64,000 nucleotides of DNA from an uncultured bacterium (GTDB lineage Bacteria; Patescibacteriota; Saccharimonadia; UBA4664). The notes beneath the pieces were generated by a model, which searched no databases, was not told the origin of the DNA, and worked only from the letters and a program-made list of their open reading frames with translations. The number at the start of each line of letters is the position of its first letter. Position 1 is the first letter of the stretch. The stretch lies in the NCBI GenBank assembly GCA_963720265.1, contig CAVRET010000002.1:878069-942068 (forward strand), given 5' to 3'. Of this stretch, positions 61,201 through 64,000 are shown piece by piece. The position numbers and the translations under genes are program-made.

Positions 61201-64000
61201 TCGGTGACCGTTGAGAGCGTGACGCTGCCAACTACCCCGCCCCATTGCACGATTCCTTGAATAGCCTGCGGCAGGCTGCCGGCTCGCACCCAAGCTGTGA
61301 AATTGTACTGCTCGCCGGGGGTAATGGCAAAATTAGTTGATTGGATCCCCCAGTAGCCGCCGTCAGTAGCACTTTCGGTTACCGCCAGGGAGCACGAGCC
61401 GCCATGGGCCTGGGCGCTGGAACCGACGATTGAACTTGCACCGCCTCCCCAGGGGCCAAAGTTGGTAGTAACTGACGAGCATGGGCTGTCTTCGAATGTG
61501 TCGTCCAGGGCGCTCGAGCCGGAGTTGAAGGCGCCGGCGCCGTTGTCGATCAAGATGTTGCCGGAGGTGCCGCTGGCCGCGCCGGTCTCGAGAATTATAG
61601 AGCCGCTGTCGCCCGAAGCATTCCCGCCAGTCTGGATAGCGATGCCGCCGGTGCCGCCTTGGATGTTGGTGGTGCTCGTATCGTCCGTAGAGCCGAGGTT
61701 GAGCGTTTGGGCCGCACCGGTGGAGGTGCCGACATTGATAGTACTGGCCAAGGCCGTGGTGCCGGTGGCGCCGACGTTGACATTGTCGCCTGCAGTATCG
61801 ACGGTCAGTAGATCGTTGCTGCTGGCATCTTGGACCTGGAAGGCGGTGGTGGAGTTATTGGCGTTTTCGAAGGTGGTTGCACCGGTCGCGGTTAGGTTGC
61901 CCAGGGGGTCGATCGCGACGTCCGCCACGCTGCCGGTGGTGTAGGTAGCGTAGATGCTGGCGTTGAGACCGGTAATCGCCCCGCCGCCCGGCCAGGTGGC
62001 CGGGAAGCCATTGTCCGGGCCACTGTGGAAGGCGTACGAGGTGTTGTTGGCGTCCGAGGCGCCGGCCCCGGTATAGAAGTTGACGCCGGTGCCGCCGCTG
62101 GCGTTGAACACCAGCCAGTAGGTCGTACTCGGCGCCAAGGTCGCTGTAATCGGCAGCGTGTACCAGCCGCCGCCGCCCGAGCCGAAAGTGCCGACGCCCG
62201 ACGAGGCGATGTAACTGCCGGGGGCGCCGCCTGAGTCTGCGTAGATGGCGTACGCGTACTGATCGCCCGAACTCGGGGAACTGAAGTAGACCGACATTGA
62301 TGCGATCGTGCCGCCGGCGCCGGTCGTGAACTTAGAGCCCGACAGACAGGTGCCGGCGCAGCCGCCCGTGTTGTTGCCGGTGCCGGCATAGCCGAACGCC
62401 GAGCCGCTCAATGGGGTCTGGCCGATGGTGATGTTGCCGGTTGAAAGTACGTTGACGTTGCCGGTGCCGCCCTGAATTGTGGTCGCCGATGCCCCGTCGT
62501 TTGAGCCGACGTTGACGGTCTGGGCCGCACCGGTGGAGGTGCCGACGTTGATAGTACTGGCCAGCGCCGTGGATCCCGTAGAGCCGACGTTAACATTGTC
62601 GCCTGAGGTGTCGATACCGAGCAGATTGGCCCCAGCCGCATTCTGCACCTGGAAGGCGGTGGAGGAATTGGCCGAGTTCTCAAAGGTGGCGGCACCATTG
62701 GCGCCATTGATACTTGCCACAGTGCCGAGCGTATTAGGCGTTGAGCTGGACGAGCCGCTCGGTTGGGCCACCTGGAAGTTGATGTTGCCGCCGTCGCCAG
62801 TGCCGGTGCCAATACCGCCCGCGATGGCGATGTTCGCACCCGCCACATTCGAGCCCGAGCCGCCGGTAGCGTGAATGGTGATGCTTTGTGGGGCGATATC
62901 GGTGATGCCGGAGCCAATGTAGGCGTCTTGGATAAAGGAGCCATCTGACTGCGAGCCCCCGATGACCAGCTGGTTGTAGGCCGTAGCAGAGGAGTCTTCG
63001 CCAATGGCAATACTTTCGTCGATGGCCGAAGCATTCGCACCCAGGGCAACTGATTTCTGGTTGGCAGTGGAATAAGAGCCAATGGCTGTGCCCTGCCAGG
63101 CACTTAAACTACTGGTACCGACTGAGACCGCACCGGAGTTGGCAGCCACGGCACCCGTGCCTAGCGCTGTAGTGTCGCACCAGCCGGCAACTGCACTGTA
63201 GCCAATGGCGGTTTCGTCACTGCACGGGCCAAGTGTGGCGTCCAGTCCAAAGGCTTCGCCGTTAGCTTCGCCCTGGGGATTGGAGATGAACGAAGTCGTA
63301 TTGTACTCCGGCTGGGGGGCGCCGAGAGATGAGTCAGGAGCGTTATCGGTGTAGGTGGTGGTCGTGTTGTCGTTGATCGTAGTAAGTAGATAGCCAGTAT
63401 ACGGCCAGGGTGGATTGCCCGGGGACCGGTAGATCCGGCGACCAATTACGCCCGCTGGGCCAATCGGGATATTGGTGAGGGCAACTTGTTGACTGGCTGG
63501 CGTGACGGAGGTTGCGTTGGGCCCAACCGTAGTTTCACCGCTTTGGGTTAGGTAGCTCACATAGTAGTAATAAGTGCCGTTAAGTACGCCGGATCCGGTG
63601 GTATTGGCGGTGACTGCGGTGTTGGGCGGGGCTATGCCCGATACATCAACACCGCCGTAATTGACGTTGAGGTTGCCATTGGTCACCTGCGCGTTGCCAC
63701 CGGAGACTTCAAGGAGCTGCGAGGGCGTAGCAGTGCCGATGCCGACACGGTTGTCGGTCGTATCCGCCACCAGCAGGTTGGATGTGCCGGCAGCGTCTTG
63801 TATCTGGAATGCGTTCGTCGAGTCGGAAGCGTTCTGGAAACTGGCATTGCCGCTCACGTCCAGGGTATGGGTCGGATTTTCATTATCAATGCCAACGTCT
63901 CCTGAAGGTGCCAGATCTAGCGTGTCCGTGAGACTGTCGGCCGTAGTGTTTGCGACCGGGTTGAGTGGTACGCCGATGTCGGCCCAGTCAGCGCCACTTA
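55296..64000 (-). CDS. giant repetitive surface/adhesin-like protein (over 2900 aa; N-terminus beyond the right edge) with three CBM4_9-like domains and about 10 copies of a T(A/T)AFQ(V/I)Q(N/D)A(A/S)G repeat
   Basis: The frame is open from 55296 to position 64000; the track start at 63857 is only the first GTG. Repeats read ...STTAFQVQNAAG...VDTSGDNVNVGATGTTALASTINVGTSTGAAQT... CBM-like blocks read FE...AHGG.HSLA...YNF.AWVRG...YLDD. Confidence 0.75.
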   Translation of the reverse strand, partial: SGADWADIGVPLNPVANTTADSLTDTLDLAPSGDVGIDNENPTHTLDVSGNASFQNASDSTNAFQIQDAAGTSNLLVADTTDNRVGIGTATPSQLLEVSGGNAQVTNGNLNVNYGGVDVSGIAPPNTAVTANTTGSGVLNGTYYYYVSYLTQSGETTVGPNATSVTPASQQVALTNIPIGPAGVIGRRIYRSPGNPPWPYTGYLLTTINDNTTTTYTDNAPDSSLGAPQPEYNTTSFISNPQGEANGEAFGLDATLGPCSDETAIGYSAVAGWCDTTALGTGAVAANSGAVSVGTSSLSAWQGTAIGSYSTANQKSVALGANASAIDESIAIGEDSSATAYNQLVIGGSQSDGSFIQDAYIGSGITDIAPQSITIHATGGSGSNVAGANIAIAGGIGTGTGDGGNINFQVAQPSGSSSSTPNTLGTVASINGANGAATFENSANSSTAFQVQNAAGANLLGIDTSGDNVNVGSTGSTALASTINVGTSTGAAQTVNVGSNDGASATTIQGGTGNVNVLSTGNITIGQTPLSGSAFGYAGTGNNTGGCAGTCLSGSKFTTGAGGTIASMSVYFSSPSSGDQYAYAIYADSGGAPGSYIASSGVGTFGSGGGGWYTLPITATLAPSTTYWLVFNASGGTGVNFYTGAGASDANNTSYAFHSGPDNGFPATWPGGGAITGLNASIYATYTTGSVADVAIDPLGNLTATGATTFENANNSTTAFQVQDASSNDLLTVDTAGDNVNVGATGTTALASTINVGTSTGAAQTLNLGSTDDTSTTNIQGGTGGIAIQTGGNASGDSGSIILETGAASGTSGNILIDNGAGAFNSGSSALDDTFEDSPCSSVTTNFGPWGGGASSIVGSSAQAHGGSCSLAVTESATDGGYWGIQSTNFAITPGEQYNFTAWVRAGSLPQAIQGIVQWGGVVGSVTLSTVTDTTIGWTEMTGSGVAPSGGYNYAYFQFYNSGDGNGSSTTYLDDITATTNAGAPALDIGTSNAQTITVGNANQLGTTTLQGGGTSQAVDILASSGGTINVANSVAANTLNLGAVFNDEASTVNINSYSGGSAAKTTNLGSGDGASATTIEGGTGNVAINTGAATGNTGSIIIQTGNSASGTAGSISIDAGSGAISSGSNVENDTFESGTNNWGYYYNATVTQSTAQAHGGTHSLAMDHGAGSTWAATTDYPGNAVTAGQLYNFSAWVRGTSAELLTLGVTWVGGSGGFQTIGAVTDSTTGWTEITGSAVAPAGATGETLSIYGNDGGFVTTYLDDVVVSGGTSTPAVLLGSTNAAAVLIGNGNEAGTTTLQGGAGGIDIVTAAGSNLNVGTDTDSIVTVGDSAGTEPLTLRGDGISQTITGSSTAPSDIIKTTTDSTTAFQVQNTSGVAELTVDTTNAKVVIATASNTAPGLVVDNSDGTPAIEVRSGGSGGYNSFVGDGAGANNALNVGSTQGFQNSAFGNGSLADNTTGSYNTGLGMYTLHANHAGSYDTAVGNGSLQNLDNSTADFDTALGNNSANNSIDGISNTAIGSYSLYYSNSNDNTAVGAWALTPYDMTSGSEDDTALGYETAGIDSDGFDTPGSIQGSTAIGYEAQVQANNSLVLGGQGANAVNVGIGTTIPLNTFSVSPVYYSTGQAEVLSAGTTVTGLGTTWTSAMIGMQMIFGDGQSGIITAVGSGTSLTLNASQPITGNSNYRIQAIGFQVTNAGSAYVQNTSNTAFQVQNSAGVDELAVDTSGDVVKVKSAIDTTASTGLIIAGTNATGVTIGNAAANNLTTINGNALVKSSTAGNSTTAFQVQNTNGASVLNADTSNSIVGVGNSAAPSAVQEWDNQASSLTTLSVAPHTVGNLMALAIKDNVYVASVSGGGVSQWHVVTRHDGNLHEEIWEGTVTTTGASAITVTYRTTPGINCELAAQEFTSGLGANTNWFVAAQGSITNVASTTMTYPTLKAPETGGLYWGYGYTGGTGSAGSTSGFSYKVTSVGTNVIAYDPTMAAGTSYSPTATTTSAVSDAVAMIITASVSSLNINGSTQLNGDVTSPVVIQGTSNSTGAFQIQNASGSTLFNVDTANGVVSSQSELTVGSNIDGTTNPAYLYLNDVSSQSTGNALVVGQWDSSGTWGIGPNSNTTDSTLRIGVTVAGTSGWSTGQNVNLLVAGTEEVEPTSGNDSTTAFLVQNSGGANLLQVDTSGANVNVGATGTTALASTINVGTSTGAAQTVTAGSTDGASATAVQAGTGGVTIGTGAGSGTTGSVAITTGNSSTTASGNITIDNGTNVQSGTQIEDDDFETGTTATFTCWFSCSPLSLSTAEAHSPTHSLAVAETAGSWGIQEGYANISVTAGHDYAFTAWVRGTTAETVNGNITWDGPGVGGGNWDSVTDTTTGWTELTGNITAPPGSTNAYLNFTGSGGGTTDYIDDITVTDLGYVSAPYIHIGTTNAQDVTVGNENEGGYTTIYGGGDGISLQAVDSGIISLGTVNQNNVNIGAVGTDYNDDDVEIDSTSTSDQLVDIGGDATSGGSSAGTIVNLQGGQTGVTVANTGATVQTFSDSATALQVDDASSVTALAVSTNNVTAYAGGTTATLEVGEDSSSGYSITAYGTIAGGLGDYAEYFEQVTNGQLQPGEPVCLDSATGKVDPCGAGSAQMLVGVVSTSPGYVGNSRIYNAKDPGATALVSLVGQVPVSVSTANGPINVGDRLTYSTQSGVAELQTGPGMSIGTAMTSYSGTGVGSVDVYLNIGYYDPDGSSTTQPAEGSAVLDGDAAAFSSLNVSGMATLTDLTVTGTAEIANLTVTGTLTAANLTVNGHITTGGNAPSATSDASCATVTISGTDTAGLITVTSGAGCDITAKLASLAFAKPFTAAPHVTLTPADADAATLSTYVDSDTVSATGFDIDALTSSLPATKTYKWYYQVIQ

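Noticed and set aside
55471-63445. Dozens of 60-230-aa ORFs on both strands inside 55296..63857
   Set aside because: All are nested within the single giant minus-strand reading frame. Their Pro/Ala/Thr/Arg-rich translations are shadow frames of a repetitive GC-rich gene.
55296-63857. Possible CRISPR array suggested by repeated DNA segments
   Set aside because: The repeats are about 150 bp, imperfect, in frame and coding (an adhesin repeat). There is no short repeat-spacer periodicity and there are no cas genes. This is not a CRISPR array.

Overview
This 64 kb bacterial window uses the standard genetic code and is densely coding (about 52-55% GC overall, with distinctly lower-GC and higher-GC blocks). 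It reads as a mosaic of housekeeping genes interrupted by two tRNA-associated integrative elements and a multi-gene defense island. Left to right: (1) a UvrD-like helicase (truncated at the left edge) and exonuclease I (sbcB); (2) an XRE-regulator-led, translationally coupled operon with a 1086-aa DEAH-type SF2 helicase, a double zinc-ribbon protein and two small unknowns, which I rank as the best candidate for an undescribed system; (3) integrative element 1 next to tRNA-Val (TraD/VirD4-like coupling ATPase, replication-relaxation protein, orphan beta-class DNA methyltransferase, XRE regulator and a large serine recombinase whose 3' end is antisense to the tRNA 3' end); (4) an RR-HK-RR two-component locus; (5) a defense island of about 12 kb holding a PIN/RHH toxin-antitoxin pair flanked by roughly 100-bp direct repeats, HTH plus membrane-anchored Mrr-type endonuclease, a Cas4-like Fe-S PD-(D/E)XK nuclease, DUF4145, an Eco57I-like Type IIG R-M enzyme plus second methyltransferase, a stand-alone Mrr_N winged-helix protein and a Kiwa-like membrane/soluble two-gene module; (6) element 2 next to tRNA-Leu (DUF3768, paralogous TraD-like and replication-relaxation genes, a high-GC foreign gene, two divergent large serine recombinases); (7) an FAD-linked oxidase, a RecA-superfamily ATPase, a secreted G1 (eqolisin) peptidase, a ClC channel and a giant repetitive surface protein over 2900 aa with CBM-like domains that runs off the right edge. 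No CRISPR array, rRNA or reverse transcriptase was seen. All calls are by-eye motif recognition. No database search was possible.
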